Assembly: GCA_951406725.2 (NCBI GenBank)
Contig: OX597818.1
Coordinates: 40,114,001 to 40,178,000 of the forward strand
Source of the DNA: Octopus vulgaris
Lineage: Eukaryota
Direction of reading: 5' to 3'
DNA length: 64,000 nt
Shown: in pieces, positions 12,424 to 24,221 of the stretch
Layout of the letters: the number at the start of each line of letters is the position of its first letter
Position numbering within the stretch: the stretch's first letter is position 1
Program-made: the position numbers and the translations under genes
Notes under the pieces: model-generated
What the model was told of the DNA's origin: nothing
Database searches by the model: none
The model's input: the letters and a program-made list of their open reading frames with translations, nothing else

Positions 12424-13087
12424 CAAGAATTGATTATTAATCCTTTTGTTGACTATATTTTTAACTGGAATACTTTTTGCCTTTGTATTTAAATTTTTAA
12501 AATAATCAAGAATTACAAGATTTTTAGTGAAATAGCTTTCAAATTAATAAAATTACCAATTTAAATCATATTTTTTTAGTGTAATAAGATTTCATCCCCA
12601 AGATTTGAATTTAAAATTTGACCAGTTTAACAAAAGCAGTTTGCACCTAGTGATGTAACTAAACTTGAGATAAACCAGGTTTATTCCCAGAACCTTACAT
12701 CAATAAATAGTTCAGTACCTTAACCAAACAATGATTTATTTACTTAATTACAGCTACAACACAATGGAATTCTGTTTGCATGGATTAATTTTCAACTCAG
12801 TTGTGTCATTATTGATTTTTTAAATTGACAATGTCTTAGATTTCATAGTTGAAAGGAACACACAGACTTGAAATTACAGGTGCAGGTTTAGCTTATGTGG
12901 TCAAGAAGTTTGGTTGCCAACCATGTGGTTTCAGGTTCAATCTCATTATGCTGCGCCTTGGGCAAGAATTTTATTTTTTACTCATATCCTTAGATCAGTC
13001 AAAGTCTTGTAAGTGGGTTTTGTTGGCCTGTGGTCAATGAAAGAAACTGGGTTGTAAATTTGGTATGATAGGAGTTTAGCACTTTAA

Positions 13088-13308
13088 CCCTTTAGTGTTT
13101 AAACCGGCCACATCTGGCCAGAATATTATCCTTCTTTTATGTTCAAACTTATGAATATTCAGCCTCTCATACCTACCCTACAATGTCATTCTAAAAATAA
13201 ATAATCACATCATCAAAATCTTGAAGCTATGAGACAAGGCACAATTAATTCAAAACAATGAGAATAAATAAGTATTACATTTGACAAAGTAATCCGAACA
13301 CTAAAGGG
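13088..13308. mobile_element. piggyBac-like MITE family 2
   Basis: TTAA|ccctttagtgtt ... aacactaaaggg|TTAA terminal inverted repeats and TTAA target. Confidence 0.85.
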
Positions 13309-13324
13309 TTAAACCCTTTGGTAA

Positions 13325-13646
13325 AGACTCCCTTTGGTCATGAATGACCATGGGATTGCACCTAGAAAGTTATTCACTGAGGCACAAGTTCAAGCAAGGT
13401 TGTTTATGGAAGACCAGTAGTTGCCCATGCATACCAGCCTACTGACTCCATGCCAAGGGAAAGTCAAAGACCAATACAGTTTGGCACCAATGATGTCACA
13501 ACTCATTTCTACAGCTGAGTAAAAGTGGAGCAATGTAAAATAAAGTGTCTTGCTCAAGAACACAACACACAGCCAGGACTGCGAATTGAACTCACTACCT
13601 CATAATTGTGAGCCTAATGCTCTAACCACTGAGCCATGCACCTTCA
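13325..13646 (-). mobile_element. tRNA-derived SINE, family C head with RTE-like tail
   Basis: Minus-strand head gaaggtgcatggctcagtggttagagc..gagttcaattc; ttcttgagcaagacactttat central motif. Confidence 0.75.
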
Positions 13647-13654
13647 CACATTAC

Positions 13655-13859
13655 CCCTTTACCATTCAGATTATCCTGTCAAATGTAATGCTTATTTATT
13701 CACTCTGTTTTGAATTAATCATATATTACCAAGCTTTGAGATTTCGATGATGCATTCATTTGACATTGCAGGGTAGTTGTGAGAGGCCTGATCTGGTCAG
13801 CTTCAATACAAAACAGGTAAATATTTGGGCCTGATATGGCTGGTTTAAATGTGAAAGGG
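13655..13859. mobile_element. piggyBac-like MITE family 2, inverted relative to 13088-13308
   Basis: cccttt..attcagatta left end and aaaggg|TTAA right end; internal homology to the reverse complement of the upstream copy. Confidence 0.75.
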
Positions 13860-13950
13860 TTAATCTCTTCAGTGGTCACTGTAGCCTTTTTTTAAAAGTA
13901 TTATCTTTTTGATAAAATATTATTTGGTGTATCATTATATTGACAAACAT

Positions 13951-14275
13951 GAAGGTGCGTGGCTTAATGGTTTGGGTGTTCGGCTTACGATTGTAAGGTC
14001 ATGAGTTCAATTCCTGGCAATGTGCTGAGTTCTTGAGCAAAGCACTTTATTTCATGTTGTTCCAGTCCACTCAGCTGGCAAAGATGTGTAGTACCTGTAA
14101 TTTACCAGGTCCAGCTTTGTCACGCTGTGTGTCATGCTGAACGTCCCTGAGAACTACATTAAAGGTACACATATCTGTGGAGTACTCAGCCATATTCATA
14201 TTAATTTCATGAGCAGGCTGTTCCGTTGATCAGATCAACTGGAACTCTTGTCATTGTAACCGAAGGAGTGCCAGT
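13951..14275 (+). mobile_element. tRNA-derived SINE family C (second copy about 33470-33782)
   Basis: Head gaaggtgcgtggcttaatgg..gagttcaattcc; cttgagcaa..actttatttca; collinear with 33470-33782. Confidence 0.8.
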
Positions 14276-14305
14276 TATCTTATTGATAAAATATTCTTTA
14301 ATGTA

Positions 14306-14859
14306 TTGGGGTGTCCGGAAAGTTCATGCCGATTTATAGTAGCTTACCTTTCGACTTATTTTAGAACATGGTTGAGTTCATAAAATAGGATTTGACTACA
14401 CCTCCATTTTGAGCACAGTTTAAGCTATCTTTTCGTGGAAGAAGGTTTATGTTCCTGTAACCTGTGTTTATTCTGTAACCCTTTAAAATGGAAGATAAGA
14501 AAGTTCCTTTTCGGCACTTGATGCTTTGGGAACCAGACAAAAATTGCTGCAGTCGGCTGGGATGTGTTACCTCACCCTCCATATTCACCAGATACTGCTC
14601 CTTCGGATTTCCACTTATTCACGTCTCTGCAGAATAGTCTTAATGGTAAAAATTTCAATTCTTTGGATGACGTAAAGAGATACTTTGATGACTTCTTTGC
14701 CTCAATTTTGGGAAGAGGGTATTTTCAAGTTAAAGGAAAGATGGAGATGCATTGTGCAACAAAATGGTTCATATTTGGTTGATTAAAAATGTAATGGCAA
14801 GTATTTATTGACCTTTTTCTTTCCTTTAAAAATTGGCAGGAACTTTCCGGACAACCCAA
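14306..14859 (+). mobile_element. Internally deleted mariner transposon
   Basis: About 30-bp TIRs (ttggggtgtccggaaagttcatgccgattt / aaattggcaggaactttccggacaacccaa), TA TSDs. N-terminus MEDKKVPFRHLMLWE is joined to C-terminal WDVLPHPPYSPDTAPSDFHLF (YSPDLAPSD motif). Confidence 0.93.
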
Positions 14860-15489
14860 TATTAATATATCAGTAAATTATTTATAATGTATGCTGTGAT
14901 AAGCCAAAATTGTTCTGTTCGGGTTATTTTTACTTTGTAAATACTTTAGCTAAATGTTACAAATATATATGTCTTGTTTACGATTGGATCTACCTTAAAA
15001 TAGTTATTAGAGCTTGAATTTTTCTAGTGCACAACATTTTGCTAAATAAATGTACTTGTTTAACTTAACTTAGCCTATGACCAACATAGATTATCTGTAC
15101 CTACAGAAATTGTTTTTGCAACTGATGATGATGGTGATGATGATGTTGAAGAACAGCTAACTCTCTTAATAGTAAATGATGTCAAACAGTGTAAATGTGT
15201 TAGAAGCCCACCTATATTTATACCATTTATTAATCTGGAAACTTCACCCTATTAGCATCAACAGACTTATTGTTTTGATTTCTCACCCATCTGCTGATGG
15301 AATGATATTCCTTGTAATGTACAAGAAAATAAAAATAAAAATAATAAAGCTAGGTTCTCTACTTTGTTAAAAAAAAAGAACAAACGAATGAACAGAAAAG
15401 GGCAACCAATTGAAGTGAAGCAATTATAAATAAAGTGTGGTTACCAACAAACAAGCTGAACTAAACAGAGTAGTGTCTGAACTTATTAT

Positions 15490-16250
15490 CCATGAGTTGA
15501 GAGAAAAGTTGGGCACAAGAGGCATCAGATGTGGTGTGCAAGAGAGATGACTGTGTTGGTATGATCATGTAATGTGTATGGATGTAGACAACTGTGTGAA
15601 GTGTCACACCCTAACAGTGGAAGGAAGCTGTGGAAGAGAGAGACCCAGGAAGACATGGGATGAGGTAGTGAAGCATGATTTTCAAACATTGGGCCTCATG
15701 GAGGCAATGATTAGTGACCAAGACCTTTGGTTATATGCTGTGCTTGAGAAGACCCATCAAGCCTAGTAGAATCATAGTTGTGGCCATTGTCAGTGTGTCC
15801 CATAACTGGTACCTGTGCCAGTGACATGTACGAAGCACTTTTTGAGCGTTGTGCCTCAGAGAGGCAATGTGGCCAATGCCGGTGTTGCAGAACTAGCAAC
15901 CATGCTGGTGGCACATAAAAGGCACCTTTCAAGTGCTGGGCCTCATGGAGGCAATGGCAAATGACCAAAACCTTTAGCAATATACAATGCTTGAAAAGGC
16001 CCATCAAGCCAAATGTAATTATAGTTGTGGCAGATACTGGTGTCATGCAGCTGGCATCTGTGCCGGTGACGTGTAGAAGCACCCATTACACTCTCAGAGT
16101 GGTTGGCGTTTGGAAGGGCATCCAGCTATGGAAACCATGCCAAATCAGATTGGAGTCTGGTGCAGCCCCTCAACTTACCAGGCCTGATCAAACCATCCAA
16201 CTCATGCCAGCATGGACAACGGATACTAAATGATGATGATGACAATGATA
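15490..16250 (+). mobile_element. RTE-clade LINE 3' fragment (ORF C-terminus, 3' UTR, GAT tail)
   Basis: ...VEGSCGRERPRKTWDEVVKHDFQTLGL...DQDLWLYAVLEKT, the typical RTE C-terminal GRPRKTW/DRxxWR motif. Confidence 0.88.
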
Positions 16251-16340
16251 AGTTGATTGTTCAGTAATTTACTGGAGATTAAGTCATTTTGCCTATTCTT
16301 TTTTACGTAAATAAATATAATTATTTATACTGAATATATA

Positions 16341-16854
16341 CTGTAAATCCTCGAGTATAGTCCGCCCTTGAGTATAATAAGCAGGGGATTTTTAGGGGGC
16401 TGTTCCTCTGAAAAACCTAAACCTTGTGTATAATACACACCCCTTCTCTAACTTGAGTCAAGGAGGTCTATATAACGTACTTGGTTTTTAAAAATGTATA
16501 TGGTAATGTCCTTTATTATTATTGTATATATAACATAATGCAAACGTGTAGCTTTTTTTGTGCATTTTGTTTGCAGAAAATAAAGAAATAACAGTGATAA
16601 CGTTTAATAAATGTTGCTTACTGCAAGTTATGGATGATTCTTTTATGACTTCATTGCTTTCAGGCTTAGCTGAAGTTAAATTCATGCCCGGCATCACAAA
16701 TTGTGTCTGAATAAACATTGCCAAACAGCAAATAGAGACTCGGACATTGTTTAGAAAATAATTTTCATTTTTAATCTTGTACATAGTATGCACTAGGGAT
16801 TTTGACCTTTAAATTTTGGGAAAAAAGTTACGATTTATACTCGAGGATTTATGG
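16341..16854. mobile_element. Non-autonomous Tc1/pogo-like DNA transposon (MITE)
   Basis: TIRs ctgtaaatcctcgagtata / tatactcgaggatttatgg flanked by TA. Confidence 0.8.
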
Positions 16855-17429
16855 TATATAAAAAAAACAACAACATAATTTATGTTAATTTATGATCTGA
16901 ATATATCTGTGATAACTAAAGGGATGACATGTAAAAATATTTTTCACTACCTTTCAAACAATTTAATTAGGTTTACTTTTATAATTATCCCTTTATTCCT
17001 TGATATGTTCCATCCCAAAAACTGTAGACATGCTGGGGCACTAAACGTTTTGCTTACAGTATCTAGTTTCTAAAGTGGTCATCTAGCTAATTACTAACTA
17101 GGCTCAGCATTAATTAACTTCAATGATCAAACAAGAACAAGTGTTTTCAATGTAGTAGGGTGTATAGCCATTCTTTTGCAAGTTATTGTAAAAAAAAGAA
17201 GAAAAAAAAGCCAAAAATAAATTCACACACAAAATGTTACTCTAAATTGATAGAGGAAACAATACAAAATGTAGGACATTTTTAATAGAGATAGGATGGT
17301 TATGTAAACTTGATCTGCCGATGCTAGTTTAGAAAGTTGTACAAAAACTTGTTGAAATTTCATCCATTACTCATCATTTTATAATTAATTATTTCTGCAA
17401 TCTTGAGAATGCTGTAGAAATAAACTATT

Positions 17430-17819
17430 GTTAGCACAACATTTTGGTTGATATATACTCCAGCCTTCATCAGGTGTCTTGGGAAAATTTCGAACCTGGG
17501 TTCTCATTCCTAAGGTATTTTTCGTCGTTGTTGTTGTCGTCCTCCTCCTCCTTCTTCTTCTCCACCTCCTCCTCCTTCACCGCCTTATTACTATTATTAT
17601 TATTCAGGCCACTGCTTGGAATCGAACTCAGAATATTGGGATTAGTAGCCTGCACTCTTAACCACTACGCTATATGCACACATATGGCGTAGTGGTTAAG
17701 AGCATGTGCTATTAACCCCAAGATTCCGAGTTCAATTCCAGGCAGTGACCTTAATAATAATAATAATAACATCGAAAAATACCTTAGGAGTGAGAATCCA
17801 GGTTTGAAATTACCCCCAA
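17430..17819. mobile_element. Head-to-head palindromic pair of the tRNA-headed hammerhead-bearing element
   Basis: Left arm (minus, about 17430-17676) and right arm (plus, 17681-17819) with a 4-nt spacer; head tggcgtagtggttaagagc..gagttcaattcc; CTGATGA on minus at 17473-17467. Confidence 0.7.
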
Positions 17820-18415
17820 ACTAATTATTGTTTTTAAAAGCGTCTTTTTGTATAATTTACCTGCAAAAAACCTCCAATTGTTGATGGAATCATATTAATT
17901 TGTTATTGTTGTACTCTTAGCTGTCAGGATTATTGATCAAAAATGTTTCAACCTATTCTTTCATCCATTGTATATCTTTTTTATCCACAGTATATCTAGG
18001 ACTATATTTTCCCATGTGGCACTACTTCATTTTAAGATGGTAGGCCATGATTTGGAAGACATGTTTGCTATTTATTGCATATCAGCTGATCACTGATATC
18101 CTTTCTGTTTTAAGACATTAGAATGTGATTTGTGGGGGATTTGATTGCTATTTATGGCAGCTTGAGCAACCACTTATAGGGTTCTGTTATTGACTTGCAA
18201 TACTAACCTACGTTTTGACTTGATATATTGATATCAAGTAATTATTCTTAGAAGAGCAATAAAAGTAAAGTAGATTTGCTGCTTCCATTTACCTATTTTA
18301 TAAGGAATGTGTGTGAGTGTGTCGGTATCTTTATTCAAAGCATGAGTATTAACAGAACTCTTTTTTTTATACAGTATGCATCATAAGTATGCATTTTATA
18401 CAGAGTGCATTAATA

Positions 18416-19020
18416 AGGCGGCGAGCTGGCAGAAACATTAGTACGCCGGGCAAAATGCTTAGCAGTATTTCGTCTGCTGTTACGTACTGAGTTCAAATTC
18501 CACCGAGGTTGACTTTGCCTTTCATCCTTTCGAGGTTGATTAAATAAGTACCTGTTACGCACTGAGGTTGATGTAATTGACTTAATCCATTTGTCTGTCC
18601 TTGTTTGTCCCCTCCGTGTTTAGCCCCTTGCGAAAGAAATAGAAATTGGTATTTTGTATGCTGCTACGTTCTGAGTTCAAATTCTGCCGAGGTCGACTTT
18701 GCCTTTCATCCTTTCGGGGTCAATAAATTAAGTACCAGTTGCGCACTGGGGTTGATGCACTCGACTTAATCCGTTTGTCTGTCCTTGTTTGTCCCCTCTG
18801 TGTTTAAGCCCTTTGTGGGTAGTAAAGAAATAGGTATTTTGTCTGCCGTTACGTTCTGAGTTCAAATTCCACCGAGGTCGACTTTGCCTTTCATCTTTTC
18901 GGGGTCAATAAATTAAGTACGAGTTAGGCACTGGGGTGTATGTAATCTTCTTAACCCCTTTGCCTGTCCTTCTTTGTCCCCTCTATGTTTAGCCCCTTGT
19001 GGGCAATAAAGAAATAAGAA
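18416..19020 (+). mobile_element. Tandem trimer of family A SINE
   Basis: One full unit followed by two units of about 185 bp lacking the A-box, each starting at ggtattttgt after the aaagaaata tail. Confidence 0.85.
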
Positions 19021-19634
19021 CTATTTTTTTATACAGTATGCATTGTATATTCATTTGTATTAAATTCTTGTGACAAACATGGTGAGCTGGAAGAATCATT
19101 AGCATGCTGGACAAAAATGCTTAGAGGCATTTTGTCTAGCTTTACATTGAGTTCAAATTCTACTGAGATTGACTTGATCTCTTGTTCTTTCTGGATTAAT
19201 AAAATAATTACCAGTTACGCACTAGGGTTAGAATTTGTGCCTGTAGGAGAGAATTATTTCCCTGTAATAATATTGTATTAGAAGGACCTTGATCTAACAC
19301 AACACACAAATACAGTTAACTCATCCAGCTTCAATCTATACTATGCTACATTTGCTGTTTTTGTTGTTGTTTTCTTTTTATCCTCTCACCTTCATTTCTT
19401 GGAATATTATTGAAAGGCTCTTAGTATTGCATCTCATTTGCTTATCTCTTTTGACACAGCATCCTGCTCAATTTTGTTTGTAGAGTTGCAAAAACAACAC
19501 CAAGATGAATCAAGATTTCAGCATCTCTGCAAGACTATACAGTTTCCTCCGTTTTAACATTTCTCCAACAAATCTTTATTGCTATTCCCTCTGGTTTTTA
19601 CTCATATTGGAGTCACTATGAATAAATTCCACTT

Positions 19635-19935
19635 CACTCTCTCTCTCTCTCACTCTCACTCTCCCTCTCACTCTCACTCTCCCTCTCACTCTCACTTTCT
19701 CTCTCACTCTCACTCTCTCTCACACTCTCTCACTCACTCTCTCTCTCTCACACTCTCACTCTCTCACACACACTCTCTCTCACACACACTCTCTCTCACA
19801 CACACTCTCTCTCACACACACTCTCTCTCACACACTCTCTCTCACACACACTCACTCTCTCACACACACTCTCTCTCTCACACACACTCTCTCTCTCACA
19901 CACTCTCACTATCTCTCTCACTCTCTTTCTCTCTC
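19635..19935. repeat. Compound CT/CA microsatellite
   Basis: Directly visible; explains the 196-aa SH/TL ORF. Confidence 0.95.
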
Positions 19936-20177
19936 ATGCACCATTCTGTACAACAATCTCTTATTGTGATATTTCATTCCTATTTCTATATATTGCTACT
20001 TAGGATAAAAGCAGTCAACAGTAATAAAATAACCGTGCTGTTATTAAATCACCTTATATTAATGTTTGGAAGTTTGTACCATGTTATCAAGAGTAGTTTT
20101 GGGCAGGTTGGAATTAAAAAAGGGTTAAATTCAAGTCCTTCTCTTGAGCTCAACTTTCATGAAAGTTAGCATCATAG

Positions 20178-20818
20178 GCATAGGAGTGGCAGTGTGGTAA
20201 GTAGCTTGCTTACGAACCACATGGTTTGCAGGTTCAGTCCCACTGCGTGGTACCTTGGGCAAGTGTCTTCTACTATAGCCTTTAACTGACCAAAGCCTTA
20301 TGAGTGGATTTGGTAGATGGAAACTGAAAGAAACCCATCGTTGCAACCTGTGCTGGTGGCATGTAAAAAGCACCAACTGATCGTGGCCACTGCCAGCCTC
20401 CCCTGGCATGTAAAAAGCACCTACTACACTCACGGAGTGGTTGGCGTTAGGAAGGGCATCCAGCTGTAGAAACACTGCTAGATCAGACTGGAGCCTGGTG
20501 CAGCCTCCTGGCTTCCCAGACCCCAGTCGAACCGTCCAACCCATGCTAGTGCGGAAAACGGATGTTAAACGATGATGATGATGATGTATGTGTGTATGTA
20601 TATGTTTGTGTGTCTGTGTTTGTCCCCCCCAACATTGTTTGACAACCGATGCTGGCGTGTTTACGTCCCCATAACTTAGCGGTTCAGCAAAAGAGACCAA
20701 TAGAATAAGTACTAGGCTTACAAAGAATAAGTCATGGGGTCGATTTGCTCGACTGGAGGCAGTACTCCAGCATGGCCACAGTCAAATGACTGAAACGAGT
20801 AAAAGAGAGTAAAGAGTA
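20178..20818 (+). mobile_element. Family B SINE with an RTE 3' tail nested at its internal microsatellite (20341-20586)
   Basis: SINE first half ends ...aaacccatcgt, the RTE tail runs to (gat)n, then the SINE resumes with TG repeat and second half. Confidence 0.8.
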
Positions 20819-21462
20819 TTATATTATATCATATCCATGCAATGTTTCACAGCTGCCTGGTTTTATTTCCCTCCAGATTTGGCCGGTCTTTCATACTTGT
20901 GCAGTGCTCATGTCTTGCTACGATCTAATAAATAACAATCTTGTTAAACACTTACTACAGTGTCTGTCTCTTACACAAAGAAAGAAATCCTTGTTGGTAA
21001 AAGCAACAGTAGCTTCCTGAAACTCTACTTCAAACTCATTTTACTCTTGTGAATATAAAAATAAAAAAAAAAATACATATAAAAAAAAAGAGGCAGAAGG
21101 GAAAACACGGGTGGGTTTGTGGTTGAAAAGCTGGCTTTGGCCTTCCAGCCACTTAGTTTCACTAGCACAACAGAATAAAGGCAACCTTCATGATACTGAA
21201 AGCGGTAAGGAAAAAATATTTTATATTTTTAAATTTTTATCTAGCTGCTATGGGTACCATGAAGGTTGCCTTTATTCTTCTTGTTGGTGGTGCTGTTATT
21301 GTGATATTACTTTCCTATTTGTTCTTGTGTCCCCAATGAAACCTAATAATTTGATTGGGGAAGAGTAATCTGCATCATATACCTAGAGAATTCAAAAAAA
21401 TTCCACAGTCCTTGATTGTATTCCACCTGAAAAATATTTGTTGCTGAAAAATTTTTGACTAT

Positions 21463-21860
21463 CTCTTTACTCTTTTACTTGTTTCAGTCATTTGACTGTG
21501 GCCATGTTGGAGCACTGCCTTTAGTCGAGCACATCGACCCCAGGGCTTATTCTTTGTAAGCCTGGTACTTATTATATCGGTCTCTTTTGCTAAACCACTA
21601 AGTTATGGGGACATAAATACACCAGCATCAGTTGTCAAGCGATGGTGGGGGGGACAAACACAGACACACAAACATACACGCACACATACATATATACGAC
21701 GGGCTTCTTTCAGTTTCCATCTACCAAATCCACTCACAAGGCTTTGGTTCTCCCGAGGCTGTAGTAGAAGACACTTGCTCGAGGTGTCACGCAGTGGGAC
21801 TGAACCCAGAACCATGTGGTTGGTAAGCAAGCTACTTACCACACAGCCACTCATATGCCT
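21463..21860 (-). mobile_element. Family B (CORE/OR2-like) SINE, full length
   Basis: Reverse complement of the consensus. Further copies about 30055-30440(-), 32200-32595(+), 35538-35963(-), 36697-37110(+), 41820-42175(-), 43325-43738(-), 44740-45118(-), 48665-49055(-), 56872-57178(+), 63922-64000(+). Confidence 0.88.
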
Positions 21861-22125
21861 ATCAGAGTAAATTATAAAGAATGATTTTCTATAATTGTAT
21901 ATGAATATTAGCACACCAAGTTAAGGCTGATGTGTGGTGCAGAAACAAATGTGATTTGCTATGAAAGCCTGGTATTTTTAATCCTTCTGTTATTATAACT
22001 CTTATATTAATCTTAGGCATGGAGGAGTTCCTCATGTGTATCCAACCCAGGAATATACCCTACTGTAGAAAAACATGTGGCATATGAGCTCTTAAATGCA
22101 TGCTATGAGGTTACTGCTCAGATTA

Positions 22126-22483
22126 TCTCTCTATATATATAAACAGCAAAATGTGTGTCCTTTATACAAATCCTCAATTTTTCAGTTAGAGGGCTCGCAC
22201 TTTCTATGGTAAATGAAAACCGTCCAAGGGTGGTCGTGCACATCTTTACATTTCCCCAATCACCCTGCAAAGCCATTACAAAATCAATAGAAGTGACTTT
22301 TTTGTGAATTTTCTATCCAAATGTCAATCAAAATGCCCAAAACTTGATACGCCAATTGAATGCCAGCTAGCTGTATGTGATTGGTCGGAGATTTGGACAG
22401 TACTCGTGTGTATGTGCACACGCACGCAGCTGTATATGCATGCACTAGTACTATGACCCAGCATTGCTGGGTCATAGTGCTAG
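22126..22483 (+). mobile_element. Non-autonomous Helitron
   Basis: A|TC start (tctctctatatatataaa), 3' hairpin actatgacccagca-t-tgctgggtcatagt, terminal CTAG|T, no TSD. Confidence 0.8.
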
Positions 22484-23329
22484 TATTAAATATATGTATG
22501 TTTAACAGTGGGGAAAACAAATGCAAACCTGTGTGTATATGTGTGCGCACGCATATGAGTATGTATAATATCTATACATACATACACGTGTTTGTCTCTC
22601 CACTGCTTGACAGTTGGTGTTGGTTTGTTTACATCCATGTGACTTAGCAGTTCTGCAAAAGTACTTAACTTAAATAATAAAAAAACCCAGTAAGCACTGG
22701 GGTTGAATAAATTGACCTGATTACTTATTTTCAATGCCTGGCCATTGACTGAAGCAAAGATAAGAGAAAGAAAACTATTTGATATGCGGTGACATAGGTG
22801 GAAGTTCATTTTCTTATTGTCTCCCCAACTGACTATTCTCTACATTTAGCATAAAGTCCTGGTTCCCTGCTCAAAGTTACATTGTTTTTTTTTTGCATGA
22901 TCATTCCCTTTGCACTTTGCACATACACATTACCAAGTCCTTACTTCCTTCCTATATATATGTCAAACCAAGCCCACTTCCCAGATGACACTGGAATTTT
23001 GCAATCTATGTTACTAACATTGTTGCTACAGTTTTTCTTGTATACTAAGCCGCCAGGAAGAAACCTATATGGTCACTTGAGCTGCTAAAAATAGCAGCTG
23101 AATCTCATTCGAATTATATTCTACTGTCTTCAGGAAAGGACATTTGAATAATATTTCATTTCAATATACACCTATTTCTGGTATTGCGATTTGATGGTCA
23201 TTGCTGAAGTGTTTTCTTGCCTACAAACGAGCCTTGATAATGCAATGCACCACAAATCTCTGAGCCTTTAGACATATAGCTACTGTATCTGGGACAGTGT
23301 TGCAGCCTGCCTGCCTATCTGTCTGTTTC

Positions 23330-23725
23330 TCATGCTTGCTTTGCTTTCACTCTTGCTTGCTTTTGCTTTCACTCTCTTGCTTTTGTTCTTGCTCTCTCTC
23401 ACTCTTCCTTGCTCTCATTCTTCCTTGTTCTCGCTCTTCCTTGCTCTCACTCTTCCTCGCTCTTGCTCTTCCTTGCCCTCGCTCTTGCTCTTCCTTGCTC
23501 TCGCTCTTGCTCTTCCTTGCTCTCGCTCTTCTTCTCTTGCTCTCACTCTTGTTTTCTCTTGCTCTCACTCTCTTGTGCTCTTTCAGTCTTGCTCTCTCTT
23601 CCTATCACTCTCGCTCTCTGTTGCCCTCTCACTCTCTCTGTTGCTCTCTCACTCTCTCTGTTGCCCTCTCACTCTCTTTCCCTCTCATTCTCTCTTGCTC
23701 TCTCACTCTTTTCTGTCTCTCTCTG
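23330..23725. repeat. Polypyrimidine minisatellite (ctcgctcttgctcttccttg-like units)
   Basis: Directly visible; explains the overlapping Leu/Ser ORFs. Confidence 0.9.
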
Positions 23726-23959
23726 ACCACATTATAAACTCAAGAAAAAAATCCATGTAATTTGACTAATTGGCAAAGGCTCACTTGTCAATACACTACA
23801 ATCTCTCGCTATTTTGTTACTAATATAATATCCTCTGTTCCTCAACATTAGTTGCAAACCACTTCTGTCACCTAAGTCCACTCAAAACATCAGTCTTTCC
23901 CCATTTCAGCCCCTAACTGTTCCTCAGCATTTGGTTCTCTACTGTAACAATACTATCAT

Positions 23960-24221
23960 TCCGGGGTCATTCCGAAAAGCTCTATCTGCGACGATTTCAT
24001 CTCAATCGAAGGAGAGGGGCATTCTCCGTCCGGGTTGCGGATCCGTGGAATAAGCTGCCAGAAGAGATGTTGAAGATGCCGACGACCGCTCGGTTCAAAG
24101 TCTCCCTTGGCCTCAAGTGGCCTGAACTCTTTACATGAACACCACCCTGTACATAACTCCATGTCCCCCTACATGGCCTTGCTTTTTGCTTTTTGAGCCA
24201 AAAAAATAACTAACTAACTAT
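23960..24221 (+). mobile_element. CR1/L2-group LINE 3' end
   Basis: Translates RGHSEKLYLRRFHLNRRRGAFSVRVADPWNKLPEEMLKMPTTARFK, the RGH..FSxRVxxxWNxLP motif; (taac)n tail. Confidence 0.88.

Noticed and set aside
15107-15190. Candidate phase 1-1 exon (EIVFATDDDGDDDVEEQL...)
   Set aside because: Weak donor (T|gtaaat) and the acidic run is a GAT microsatellite; no support.
17685-17750. Possible tRNA gene
   Set aside because: A/B boxes present but no proper acceptor stem; it is the head of a repeated element. The other tRNA-like heads are also SINE-derived.
18416-19020. Regularly spaced repeats resembling a CRISPR array
   Set aside because: Whole units are homologous SINE copies with no unique spacers; eukaryotic intron, no cas genes.
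19579-20169. 196-aa ORF, the longest in the track
   Set aside because: Translation of a CT/CA microsatellite with no domain. The same applies to ORFs at 23297-23760, 24773-25138 and 45509-45913.
20131-20700. Recurrent ORFs such as DGLLSVSVYQIHSQGFGRPEAIVEDTCPRCHAVGLNPEPCGW and FLQLDALPNANHSESVVGAF
   Set aside because: Antisense translations of family B SINE and RTE 3' UTR copies, not a gene family.
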